NCBI RefSeq assembly: GCF_004010195.1
Contig: NC_057749.1
Location: 13,576,543-13,640,542 of the forward strand
Source: Chiloscyllium plagiosum
Taxonomy: Eukaryota
Direction: 5' to 3'
Length of the DNA: 64,000 nt
Shown here: positions 46,188 to 57,869 of the stretch, piece after piece
Numbering within the stretch: the stretch's first letter is position 1
Layout: each line of letters starts with the position of its first letter
Made by a program: the position numbers and the translations under genes
Notes under the pieces: generated by a model
The model's database searches: none
What the model saw: only the letters and a program-made list of their open reading frames with translations
What the model was told of the DNA's origin: nothing

Positions 46188-48489
46188 TCACTTTCTCTAA
46201 TCATCCAGCATTCTCTGCATCTACTAGCCTTGACTTCACATTAGCGAGTTTTGAGAAGATTTGTAGGTCAGGTTGAGATTCTGGATGTAGGTTTGCTCGC
46301 TGAACTGGAAGACTTCACATTAACAGGAATATACCGTCTTTACTGGCGAGTTAAGCGATCACCTAAATACTTCTTAAATGATCGGGCGGTTCCTGCCTCC
46401 ATCATTCTTTCAGACTGTGAGTTCCAGATACCCCCCACCCTCCGGTGAAAAAAAGAACTTCCTCGAAATCCTCTCTCAACTTCCTGTCGTCTGCTTTAAA
46501 TCTATAGCTCCTGGTTATTGAACCCTCAGACTAAGGGGAAACCTTTTTTCTCTCAGCTGCATCCGCGCTCATAAATTTGTACACTTCAGTCAGGTCCCTG
46601 CCCACCACAACCACCCCAGCCCGTTCTAAGGAAAATAACCCCGATCTATCCAGCTTGTTTTTAATAGCTGAATCTCCAGCCCAGGCAAAACCCTGGTGAA
46701 TCTCGTCTACACTGTCTCCAGTGCAATCACATCCTTCCTATGCCAGTACGCCAGCTATAACCTAACCACCTTTATATACAGCTGCATCATAACCTCCCTG
46801 GTCCCCTGTCCTATGTCTTGGCAAGTATGTCTTCTATCTTCTTAACCACCTTACTTTCCTGTCCCGCTGCTTTATGGGCATACTCACCAAGATCCCTCAG
46901 ATCCTCTACTCTTTATTGGCCGTGTTAATCCTCCCAACATATATTGTCTCTCACTTTTCAGGACGAAATTTCACTTGCCACAGTTCTCCCCATCTAACTC
47001 TTGGCCTCCAACCTGAAGGTTTTTTTTCCTTGCTGTTTACCGCATCGAGGATTTTCGTGTCGTCCGTGAACGTACTGATCAAAACCCATACATTAAATCT
47101 GAGGCAACCCCTCAGGCCTTGGGAGGCGGTATGTAAATGCAGGCCGTTCTTCCCTCCGGGGTCAGCAGGTTGCGTTGAAACTCACCGCTGTAAATGGTTT
47201 CTGTAAATCGTCCACGCTTTCTCTCTCTCATGTTGTTTTGGATCCTGTCGTTTCGATTCTCCGTCCACCGCACTGACTACCCCTGAATCCCACCTCTTCT
47301 CTTCCGAACGGAGTTGATCCAGGCCGGGATCTCTCGGTGTCCTCAGAGCACCGGATGTTCTGCCGGTTTTGGAGCCGCTGGTAATGTTGTAAAGCAGCAG
47401 CCGAGAGAGAATGTAAATCCCAGCGTCCCAGTCAGCTCCAAACACTAACTCCAACACCAGCTTCTCTCCCACCAAATCAGCACACTTGCTCTCTTTAGAA
47501 TGTACAAATACTATCGCAGCTGAGGAAGAAAGAGTTACTTTATTGTTTAAAAGACTCCAATGGTCTGTTAACCGGAATGTGAACTGATTTACAACCCTTA
47601 AATACAGGCTGGGAACCCAAATTCATCCACTACAGTCAGAACAGGGGCTCTGACTCCTGGCTGTAAACTCCTGGGGGGTGGGGGTTTAAAGTTGTCCCAT
47701 TTCAGATTCAATTTGAAAAGTGGGCGTTAATCGTTGTCATATGAACCATGTTCAAATTGTAATCCAACGAATTTGTGAAAAGAGTGCTTCTTACGTTACA
47801 GTAGTGACTACACCTTCTCAGTGGGGAATCATAAGCAGCACAGAAAAAGGCCATTCGGCCGCTCAAAAGTACCCATTCTAATTATTCTAGCTCTATTTCA
47901 CCGCACTTGGCCCACAGCTATGTACGCCTCGGCATCACACCTGCCCATCTAAATACCTTCTAAATATGATGAGACTTTCTGCATCTACCGCCCTCACAGA
48001 CGCTCACTTCCAGATTGCCACCACCCTCTGGGTGAAAACATTATGCCTCCTATCCCTCTAAAGCTCCGAACCTGAAATCTATAACCCCCGGCCATTGCTT
48101 CCTCCAGCAAGGGGGAAACTCTGAGAAAGACGCTATAGAACTGCAAATGCACGAAGCTCATTCCTGTTCTGTATTTTTATGGGATGGATTTTCTGCTGGT
48201 TGTGTATAACTCCATCAGAGTTCCTGCTCGGGGAGGGAGGCAGAATATACCAGAGACAACTCCATTCCAAGGAATGAGTTCGGATAAAACTGCCATTTTT
48301 TTTCTGGGAATCTCTCAATGTTAACGTCGCCTTTGGTGTCTCTCCCCGGTGACTTTGCCTCCACTCTCACTCCCACCTGATGTAAAACACAGTCACTCTC
48401 CGAATGAGTCATAGGCAGCTCGGAGTGAAACACTTCAAAACCGACAGCCTATAAACTCCTGCAAGTGTTCATTTACAAGTGCTCAGACT

Positions 48490-48672
48490 GGGTGGCACAG
48501 TGGTTAGCACTGCTGCCTCACAGCGCCAGAGAGCCGGGTTCAATTCCCGCCTCAGGCGACTGTCTGTGTGGAGTTGGTAAATTGCCCGTAGTGTTAGGTG
48601 TAGGGGAATGGGTGGCGGGTCGGTGTGGACTTGCTGGCCCGAAGGGCCTGTTTCCACACTGTAGGTAATCTA
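48490..48672 (+). mobile_element. HE1/V-SINE-type SINE (internally deleted)
   Basis: GGTGGCACAGTGGTTAGCACTGCTGCCTCACAGCGCCAGAGAGCCGGGTTCAATTCCC...GAAGGGCCTGTTTCCACACTGTAGGTAATCTAA. Confidence 0.85.
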
Positions 48673-50167
48673 AACTGCACACTGCGGTTCACCGAAGAAG
48701 CTAATTACAAACCATCCTTTCAATTTCAATAAAAGGCAAATTGCAAGGTCTTTCAACTCCCCCCACACACATGTTTTCAGGTAGAAAGTGTGAACGAGGC
48801 AGCAAGGGGAAAAAACCCAATGACATTGAAAACCTGATTCCTCGAAAGTATACTACCCGCAATTTTTTTTTCCCCGGGCGCAGTTTCAAACCTCCCGCTC
48901 TGGTACTTGGAGGTTGCTTCCAGCGCCCTGATATTTTAACTTTTACGAAGACAAAAACAAACTTTGAAAAACTCAGGCGACACAAACAATTTCAACCAGG
49001 CCATGTCTCTGAAACGGCCGAGTGGTCTTGGAGTTGGCGCTGCTTTGGCATTTTAAAACCAAAAGGACAAATCCGAACCTGAGTACATTATCTGGAAATA
49101 CGAACATACATTGCAGTTCACTTCACAGAAATGGTCGCCTCACCCTACCCCACCTTTCATTTCTCAGCAGGAACCTGATTTAATCAGCGCTACAGAGTCG
49201 TGATATTGTGGTGACGGGCGCTCGGACCCACAGCAAGGGCCTTGCTTCCAGTCGATGTTTCAGTTCCTGTCTTTATTCCTGATCTTTGGAAATTCTTGGA
49301 GCTCCCCGGCGGTAATAAATAACCCCAGAGTAACCTCGCGAATCCAACAAGGGGGCGGGGGCTGGAGCTCCAGGGACCCAGAGTCCAGGCTGTTGGTGGG
49401 AAGCGAGAGGACATCAATGTACTGGAGGATGTAACAATATTGGAATGACGTGCTCTCTCCAAACACACACACTGCCCAAGGTTAAACTAAGGGTGGGTGA
49501 ACACCGCAGCAGCGGGGCGGATGTGGGTCCATTCGCGCTCTGCTTTAAAGATTTGATCTGCTTCGTAGTCATACACCATGGGAACACACGCTTCGGTCCA
49601 ACCCAACATAATCCGAAACTAGAGTCGAGAGTGTGGCGCTGGAAAAGCACAGCAGGTCAGGCAGCATCCGAGAAGCAGGAGAATTAACGTTTCGGGCATA
49701 AGCCATTCATCAGCCCTTCACTTTCCCCGACTATAATCCTAAACTAGTTTCACCTGTCTGCGCCTGGCCCACATCCCTCCAACCCTTTCCTATTCATGTA
49801 GAACATAGAAAAGTACAGCACAGAACAGGCCTTTTGACACACGATGTTGTGCCGAGGATTAATCCTAATGTAAAACAAAATAACTTAATCTACGCACTGC
49901 TATCTATGTGCATGTCCAGCAGTCGCTTAAACGCCCCTAATGACTCTGCTTGCACCACCACCGCTGGCAACGCATTCCATACATTCACAACTCTCTGTGT
50001 AAAGAACCTTCCTCTGACGTCCCCTCTATACCTTTCTCCTAATATCTTAAAACAATGACCCCCTACCAGTCAATTCTGCCCAGGGGAAAAGTCTCTGGCT
50101 ATTGACTCTATCCATGCTTCTCATTATCTTTTATATTTCGATCAGGTCACTATCTTCCTTCTTCTCT

Positions 50168-50613
50168 CTTCTATAAGTGAAAAAAAAAATTCGCAGTCTA
50201 TCAGCCTTTCATTATAACTGGAACCTTCCATACCTTGGTAAATCAGCACAGTCACTCAGAATGAACCATCTCGGAGGCGGCTCTGAGCAAAACACATCGA
50301 AACCGACAGTGTGCAAACGTGCTTTATAAGATTCAGATTCAGACTGCTGTAGGCACCTGGGCAGACGGTGGTTTACTGAAGAGGTCGATTACAAACCCCC
50401 TTCTCCAATGTCTAAAAAGCAAATTGTAAAATCCTTACCACCCCCAGCCCCCAGCATGTTTTCAGGGAAATAGTGTGAACCAGGCTGGCTGCATTCTTTC
50501 GTTCCCATGTCACTGAATCCGAAACGTTAATTCTGATTTCTCTCCACAGATGCTGCCTGACCTGCTGAGCTTTTCCAGTCGTTTCTGTTTTGGTTGAAGC
50601 TGCATTCGCTGGG
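50168..50613 (+). repeat. 446-bp direct repeat, copy 1
   Basis: Matches 52967-53412; I could see only one substitution (GGGAAATAG vs GGGAGATAG). Confidence 0.9.
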
Positions 50614-50724
50614 CTGGAGATCAGAGCTTAAAAATGTGTTGCTGGAAAAGTGCAGCAGGTCAGGCAGCATCCAAGGAACAGGAGAATCGATGTTTCGGGC
50701 ATAAGCCCTTCTTCAGGAATCCAG

Positions 50725-52590
50725 CAATACATTTTTAAACTCTCTGCCTTCTGTCAGACAACCAATTCTGAATCCAGATAGCCAAATCTCCCTGTATCCC
50801 ATACATCCTGACTTTATGAATGAGCCTACCATGGGGAACCTTATCAAATGTCTTGCTGAAGTCCATATACACCAAATCCTCTGCTCGACTTTCATTGACC
50901 TGTCTTGTCACCTCCTCAAAAAACCTCAATAAGATTTGTGAGGCATGACCTGCCCCTCACAAAGCCATGCTGACTGCCTTTAATTATACTATGCTTTTCC
51001 AAATAGTCACAAATCCTACCCTCAAAATTCTTTCCAAAACCTTGCTGACCACAGACGTAAAACTGACTGGTCTGTAATTGCCAGGGATTTCCCTATTACT
51101 CTTCTTGAAAAGAGGAACAACATTCACCGCCTTCCAATCCTCTGGTACAACTCCCATGGAGAGTGAGGAAGCAAAGATCTTCACCAGCGGCCTAGCAACC
51201 TCTTTTCTCACTTCTCACTTCGCAGCCTGGGATAAATCTGGTCTGGCCCTGGGGACTTATTAATCTTAATGTTTGCCAAAATTTCCAGCACATTAACTTC
51301 ATCAATCTTGATCTGTTCAAGCCTATATGTATCCCAGCTCCTCAAAGTTCTCATTCACAAAAAAGTCCCTTTCCTTAGTGAAAACTGAAGCAAAAAAACC
51401 CATTTCGGGCTTCCCCCATCTGCTCAGACTCCACGCACAAGTTCCCTCTGCTACCCCTGACCGGCCCTATCTTCTCCCTGATCATTCTCTTATTTCTCAC
51501 GTATGATTAAAATGCCTTTTCAAACTATGACCCCTCATGCCAGTCAATCCTGCCCGGGAGACAAGTCACTGGCTATTGACTCTATCCATGCTTCTCATTA
51601 CCTTTTATACTTTGATCAGGTCACCTCTCTTCTTCCTTTGGGTTCTCCCTAATCCTTCCTGCCAAGCCTTTCTCATGCCCCCTCCTGGCTCTCCTCAGTC
51701 CACTTCTGAGCTCCTTTCTAGCAAGCCTGTAATCCTCTAAAGCTGTGCTAGATCCTTGCTTCCTCCACCTTACGTAAGCTGCCTTCTTCCTTTTGACGAG
51801 AAGCTCTTCTATTCTCATCATCCAAGGTTCCTTAATCTTACCCCTTCTTACCTGTCTCAGAGGAACAAATTTGTGCATCACTCACAACAACTGCTCCTTA
51901 AACAACTGTGGAACAATCGCTCCCAGTCTGTACTTCCCAACTCCTGAGTGATAGCATCATAGTTTCCTTTACCCAAATTAAATAACTTCCCTCGGTGACT
52001 GTTCCTTTCACTCTCCAAGGCTGTGGTAAATGTAAGGCAGTTGGTCACTGTCCCCAAAGTGCTCTCCCACCGCGAGATCTGACACCTGTCCTGGCTCGTT
52101 GCCGAGCACCAAATCCAAAATGGCCTCTCCCCTCGTCGGTCTGTCTATATACTGAGTAAGGAAACCCTCCTGAACACACCTGACAAAAACGGCTCCATCC
52201 AAACCGTCTGCACTAAAGAGGTTCCAGTCGATATTGGGAAAGTTGAAATCACCCATAACAACAACCCTGCTACTTTTGCATTTTTCCAGAATCTGCCAGC
52301 CTATGAGATCTTCAATCTCTCTACTGCATTTAGGTGGTCTGTAGAAAACCGCCAATGAGGTTGCTGTTCCCTTGCTGTTCCTAACTTCCACCCATACTGA
52401 CTCAGAAGATAAACCTTCCTCAACAACCTTCGTTTCTGTAGCTGTAATGCACTCTCTGATTAGCAATACTACACCCCCTCCTCTTTTTCCACCCTCCCTG
52501 TTCTTTTTAAACGTTTTAAACCCTGGAACATCTAGCAACCATTCCTGCTCCTGTAAAACCCACGTCTCCGTTATGGCCACAACATCACAA
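50725..52590 (-). mobile_element. CR1-type LINE ORF2 fragment (APE endonuclease plus start of RT), frameshifted
   Basis: AITETW...GDFNFPNIDW...LDLVLGNE...GDSD (endonuclease, 52008-52580); VPEDWKAVNVVPLFKK..PGNYRPVS and YMDFSKTFDKVPHGRL (RT). Confidence 0.9.
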
Positions 52591-52966
52591 CATACTTAAC
52601 CAAGTATGTTTTAAACGGTGGAATTGTGCCCACATCCACCACTTCTTTGGGAAATTCATTCTATACGCGAAACACCCTCTGTGTAAGAAGAATGCCCCCC
52701 ATCGTTGTTTAAATCTCGCTCCTCTCACCTTTAAAATATGCTGGGCGAAAGTGAGGACTGCGGATGCTGGAGATTACAGTCGAGAGTGTGGTGCTGGAAA
52801 AAAAGCACAGCAGATCAGGCAGCATCAGAGGAGCAGGAGAGTCGACGTTTCAGACAAAAGACCTTCATCAGGAATTGAAGATATGCTCCCTGGTCTTGAA
52901 ATCCCCCCAACCCAGGGAAAAGACACATACCATTAACCCTATCTATACCCCTCATGATCTTATGAA

Positions 52967-53412
52967 CTTCTATAAGTGAAAAAAAAAATTCGCAGTCTAT
53001 CAGCCTTTCATTATAACTGGAACCTTCCATACCTTGGTAAATCAGCACAGTCACTCAGAATGAACCATCTCGGAGGCGGCTCTGAGCAAAACACATCGAA
53101 ACCGACAGTGTGCAAACGTGCTTTATAAGATTCAGATTCAGACTGCTGTAGGCACCTGGGCAGACGGTGGTTTACTGAAGAGGTCGATTACAAACCCCCT
53201 TCTCCAATGTCTAAAAAGCAAATTGTAAAATCCTTACCACCCCCAGCCCCCAGCATGTTTTCAGGGAGATAGTGTGAACCAGGCTGGCTGCATTCTTTCG
53301 TTCCCATGTCACTGAATCCGAAACGTTAATTCTGATTTCTCTCCACAGATGCTGCCTGACCTGCTGAGCTTTTCCAGTCGTTTCTGTTTTGGTTGAAGCT
53401 GCATTCGCTGGG
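52967..53412 (+). repeat. 446-bp direct repeat, copy 2
   Basis: Matches 50168-50613. Confidence 0.9.
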
Positions 53413-53757
53413 AGTTACTGTTGCCGCCACTCCGCTGTGACTAGGTCACAAACTGCTTCCTTTTCCTAGTTTTTCCGACAGGCGGCGATTTCTGCGATTT
53501 TATTTTGGAGGGGTTTTTGGGGGGGTTGGAGGGGGTCTTTTGTCATTGGTCCGAATGAAGTGAAGGGATCCTCAGCCATAGAGGTCACTTTAGTTTCCCC
53601 CTTCTCCCTCCCTCCCTTTATAAACATCGCGGCACAGGGTCCCATTGTGCTGACAGTTATGATCCATTTTCTTATTCTAGAAAATATCCGGAAACGCATA
53701 ATTTTTTAATAGCCTTTTATAACTCTTTATAGCCTTTGCTTCTCCGGGTTCAAGCTT

Positions 53758-54072
53758 CATAGAATAGACTAGAATCCTTAAAGTGCGGAAACAGGCCCTT
53801 CGGCCCAAGTCCTCAACGACCTTCCGAAGAGTAACCCGCCCAGACCCATTCCCCTACCCTGTACAGTATTTACCCCTGACTAATGCACCTAACCTAAACA
53901 TTATGGGAAATTTAACATTTGCCAATTCACCTGACCTGCACATTTTTGGACCGTGGGTGGAAACCCACGCAGACACACGGAGAATGTGCAAACTCCGCCC
54001 GAGGCTGGAATCGAATCCCGGTCCCTAGCGCTGTGAGGCAGCAGTGCGAACCACTCAGCCACTGTACCACCC
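53758..54072 (-). mobile_element. HE1/V-SINE-type SINE, near full length
   Basis: Minus-strand tRNA head TGGCTGAGTGGTTCGCACTGCTGCCTCACAGCGCTAGGGACCGGGATTCGATTCC, V-domain GAGTTTGCACATTCTCCGTGTGTCTGCGTGGGTTTCC, and a LINE-like tail. Confidence 0.85.
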
Positions 54073-55009
54073 CAGAGTTTCTTAAAACGCCTACTTATCG
54101 CTTTGTCCCCCTACTGTTTATACACGGGCTGAAGTCCTGCATAATGAATCTCTACCATTCCTAGAAACTGCTTATTTTGCCGTGACCCTTAGATCATTAG
54201 AAATGGGCACCTTTGGGTGGAAAATCCCTCTTTCCCGTTCACACAACTTCAGTCTATCAACGTCTGTAGGCATATAGTGAAAGGCCAGCTATATAGATAA
54301 AAATCCATAATTATTACAGCTAGAAAATCCATAGGCATCAATTGTAAATTATTTCTTCATACGTTTGCAGCGATAAGGGGGAGACATTTCCACAGTGAAG
54401 TTCCAGGGCAAACAGCTTAGCTTCTAAGCCACACTCCTCACAAGTTCTCTCAAACACTCCAATTGGTTGTCCAACATATGTTACTGTCCTTCTCCACTGG
54501 AAATAGCCACATTTCAAACAGATGGAAGAATAGATGCATGTCAATTAGACGCAAGGGGCTGAAAGGTTTCATGTTGCTTCATTATATTAGATGCTCAGGT
54601 GAAATCTACTGGCACTTTCAGTCATGATACTTAGCTTTAGAGTCACTTCTTTTCCTTTGGCTTCTCAGCCCTTTCCTGAAGGCTCTGACTCATGCTGGTG
54701 ACAGACATTAAACACCATTCAGCCACTTTTTTGTGTGAGTCAAGAATGCGTCAGCAGTCAGTAATACAATCAGAAGGGACTAGAGAAACTCAACAGGTAT
54801 GACAGCATCTGAGGAGAGGGAAACCTTTTTGAGTACAGTATGACTTCTTCAGAACTGAAGGAGGATAGGAAATTCTACTGAAATCAAAATATCTACCATT
54901 ACTTTGGGTTCCACAATTGTACAGTACTTGCTCAACAATATTGTGGCATTACTAGCTATAATAGTAACCAATTTTTAAAATAATCTTCAAGCTCGCAATG
55001 TGATACATG

Positions 55010-55485
55010 GAGGTGGGTTTCCTTGCTGAGCTGGAAGGTTCGATTTCAGATGGTTTCGTCACCACACTATGTAATATCATCAGTGAGCCTCCAGATGAAG
55101 CACTGTTGGTATGGCACACTTTTTATTTATGTGCTTAGGTTTCCTTGGGTTGGTGACATTATTTCCTGCGGTGATGACATTTCCATTCTTTTTCTCAGGG
55201 GTGGTAAATGGGATCCAAGTCAATGTGTTTGTTGATAGAGTTCTGGTTGGAATGCCAAACTTCGAGGAATTTTCATGCATGTTTCTGTTTGGCTTATCCT
55301 AGGATGGATGTGTTGTCCCAGCCAAAGTGGTGTCCTTCCTCATCAGTATGTAAAGATGTAAAGACAGGTTATGTCTTTTTGTGGCTAGTTGATGTTCATG
55401 TATCCTGGTGGCTAGTCTGTTTGTCCAATGTAGTGTTTGTTACAGTTCTTGCACAGTATTTTGTAAATGACATTAGTTTTGCTTG
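55010..55485 (-). mobile_element. Second PLE lineage: GIY-YIG endonuclease remnant plus terminus
   Basis: Minus frame TNVIYKILCKNCNKHYIGQT...EEGHHFGWDNTSILG...WHSNQNSINKHIDLDPIY; downstream TCA-CTGATGA...GAAA..TC-TGA motif at 55046-55086. Confidence 0.75.
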
Positions 55486-55642
55486 TTTGGTCACCATCTC
55501 AAAGAACTCAATAAGGTTTGTGAGGCACGACTTACCCTTCACAAAATAGTGTTGACTATCCTGAATCAACTTATTCCTCTCTAGATGATTATATATCCTG
55601 TCTCTTATAACCTTTTGCAATGCTTTATCCACACTGGTCTAG

Positions 55643-55801
55643 GAGGAGAAAGTGAAGTCTGCAGATGCTGGAGATCAGAGCTGAAAATGTGTTGCTGGAA
55701 AAGCGCAGCAGGTCATGCAGCATCCAGGGAACAGGAGAATCGACGTTTCGGGCATAAGCCCTTCTTCAGCCCTCCTGAAGAAGGGCTTATGCCCGAAACG
55801 A
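55643..55801. mobile_element. Family A PLE insertion with back-to-back hammerhead cores, 14-bp TSD
   Basis: TSD CCACACTGGTCTAG at 55629-55642 and 55802-55815; inserted in a CR1 fragment (55485-55935). Confidence 0.85.
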
Positions 55802-57869
55802 CCACACTGGTCTAGAACTACCTGGGTTGTCTCTACTCCCCTTGTTGAACAAGGGGACATTTCCTCCAGTCTTTTGGCACTATCCTTGTAGACAATGGTG
55901 ACATAAAGATCAAAGCCAAAGGCTTTGCAATCAAATACAGTTTAGGGATCACTGTAGTGTCATTGCCAACTCTGCACCAGATTTGTAACAACTGAATTTT
56001 GCTTGTAAAAGACACTCAGCTTATTTTTGTGAACATTGCTGGCTAACCTAGCATTCATTGTCCATTTCTAATCACCAGGAGGACAATTAAGAATCAACAT
56101 CATTGCTGTGGGTCTGGAGATACCTGTAGGCCAGGCCAGGCAAGATTTCCTTCCCGAAGGGCATTAGGGGAACCAAACATGTTTTTACAGTAGTAGAGAA
56201 ATGGTCACCAATATTCCAAATTTTGTTGAATTTAAAATTCACCGTTTGCCATGGTGGGCTTCTAACCTATGTCCCCAAAACATTGGCCTGGATTTCTGGA
56301 TTGCTGATCCAGTGACATTATCACTATGCCACCACCTTTCCTTTACCCTGTCCTTGAATGTTGTTGAACAAAATTCACACCAACCAAGATATGGTCACTC
56401 AAATATTCCACCTCCTATATATGTTGGAGAAGAGATTCTGCAACATGTTGAGCACTTCCTATATCTTGGCAGCCACTTCTCTCAAAAGGCTACCAATGGA
56501 GAGGAGTTGCAACATCACACAAGTGCCAGGCAACGACCATCACTGACAAGACAGAGTCTAACCATCTCACCTTCACATTCAATGACATTATCATCACTGA
56601 ATTCCCCCCATTATCAACATCATTTAAGTTACCATTGGTCAGAAACTAAACTGGACTAGCTGTATAAATGCTCTGGCTAAAGGAGAGTGGCAGCAGCTTG
56701 TAATCCTGCAGCAAGTAACTCAAGCTCCTTAAAACCTGTCTGCTATCTACAAAACACAAGTCAGGAATGTGATTGAATACTCCCCTCTTCCTTGGATGAG
56801 TGGAATTTCAACACTTGAGACACTTAACACAACGCAAGATGGGTATAATTAATCAACCTGTTCAGAAAAGCTATGACATACCTCTGTACAGGTGGGATTT
56901 AAACCCAGGCCTTCTGGCTGAGAGGCAGGGACAGTACCACTGCATTATAGAGCCCTCAGACCACCGAGGATAAAACGTCCATTTGACTGGCAGCACATCC
57001 AGAAATATTCACTCTCTCCATTACTAACACCCAATTGTATCTTACAAATCCATGACCACTATCACCTGCATATATAAAAAAAGAAACAGATAGATTTCTA
57101 GAGGCTGATGGTGTAATGGGTTATGGAGAGATAGTGGGAGAAGATATTGGGATAGCGAATCAGCCATGATATTGTTGAATGACAGAGCCGGAATGGCCTA
57201 TTTGTTACTATTTTCTATGTCTATATCTAGAAAGACAAGAGCAGCAGGGGTATCGGAACGTCACCAGCAGCAAGTTCCTCTCCAAGACAGTCAACATCCT
57301 GCTTTTGGAAATATACTGCCATTCTTTCAGTGTTACTGGATCAAAATCCCAGAATTCCCCTACTCATAGCACTTTGAGTATACTTACACCTCACGGACTG
57401 CATAGTTCAAGAATATGAATCTTGCTTCAGGGCAATTAATGTTGGGTCAACCTTCGAAACCCACATCCCCTGAACAAATTTTAAAAATGGAGGGACAATG
57501 AGCTATTGAGTGGTCTCAGTCTGCCATTTAATTATTTGACACGAAAAGCACTTGCTTCTATGGTAAGGAATATGGTGGTAAGCAACTCAATACAGAATAA
57601 CTGTTGGTTCAACAGCAGATCCTACACTTGTTTCGTATCCATTCCACAGAATGCAGGTATTCTAGCAAATAACTCATTGAGTTATCTACAGTATTTACAA
57701 GTTATTGACACAATTGGGAGAGACCTTGGAAGATCACTTCATAACACCACCCAAAGGCTAAAGGCCACAACATTCGATAATCGGATTTCTACTCCAAATG
57801 TTTACAAAGGCAGTTTGAGTGTTGGATGAGAACACAAAACTGCAAACACAGCTCAAGTCAATCAGGTTT

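Noticed and set aside
50230..50350. Minus-strand coding exon in the duplicated unit (VGFDVFCSEPP vs VGFEVFHSELP in the 48373 copy)
   Set aside because: Donor phases differ between copies (2 vs 0), acceptors do not correspond, and the older copy has an in-frame TAG. The peptide similarity is explained by DNA paralogy.
50168..53412. Intact LTR retrotransposon
   Set aside because: No TG..CA termini, PBS/PPT or gag/integrase; the interior is non-LTR (CR1/PLE) sequence.
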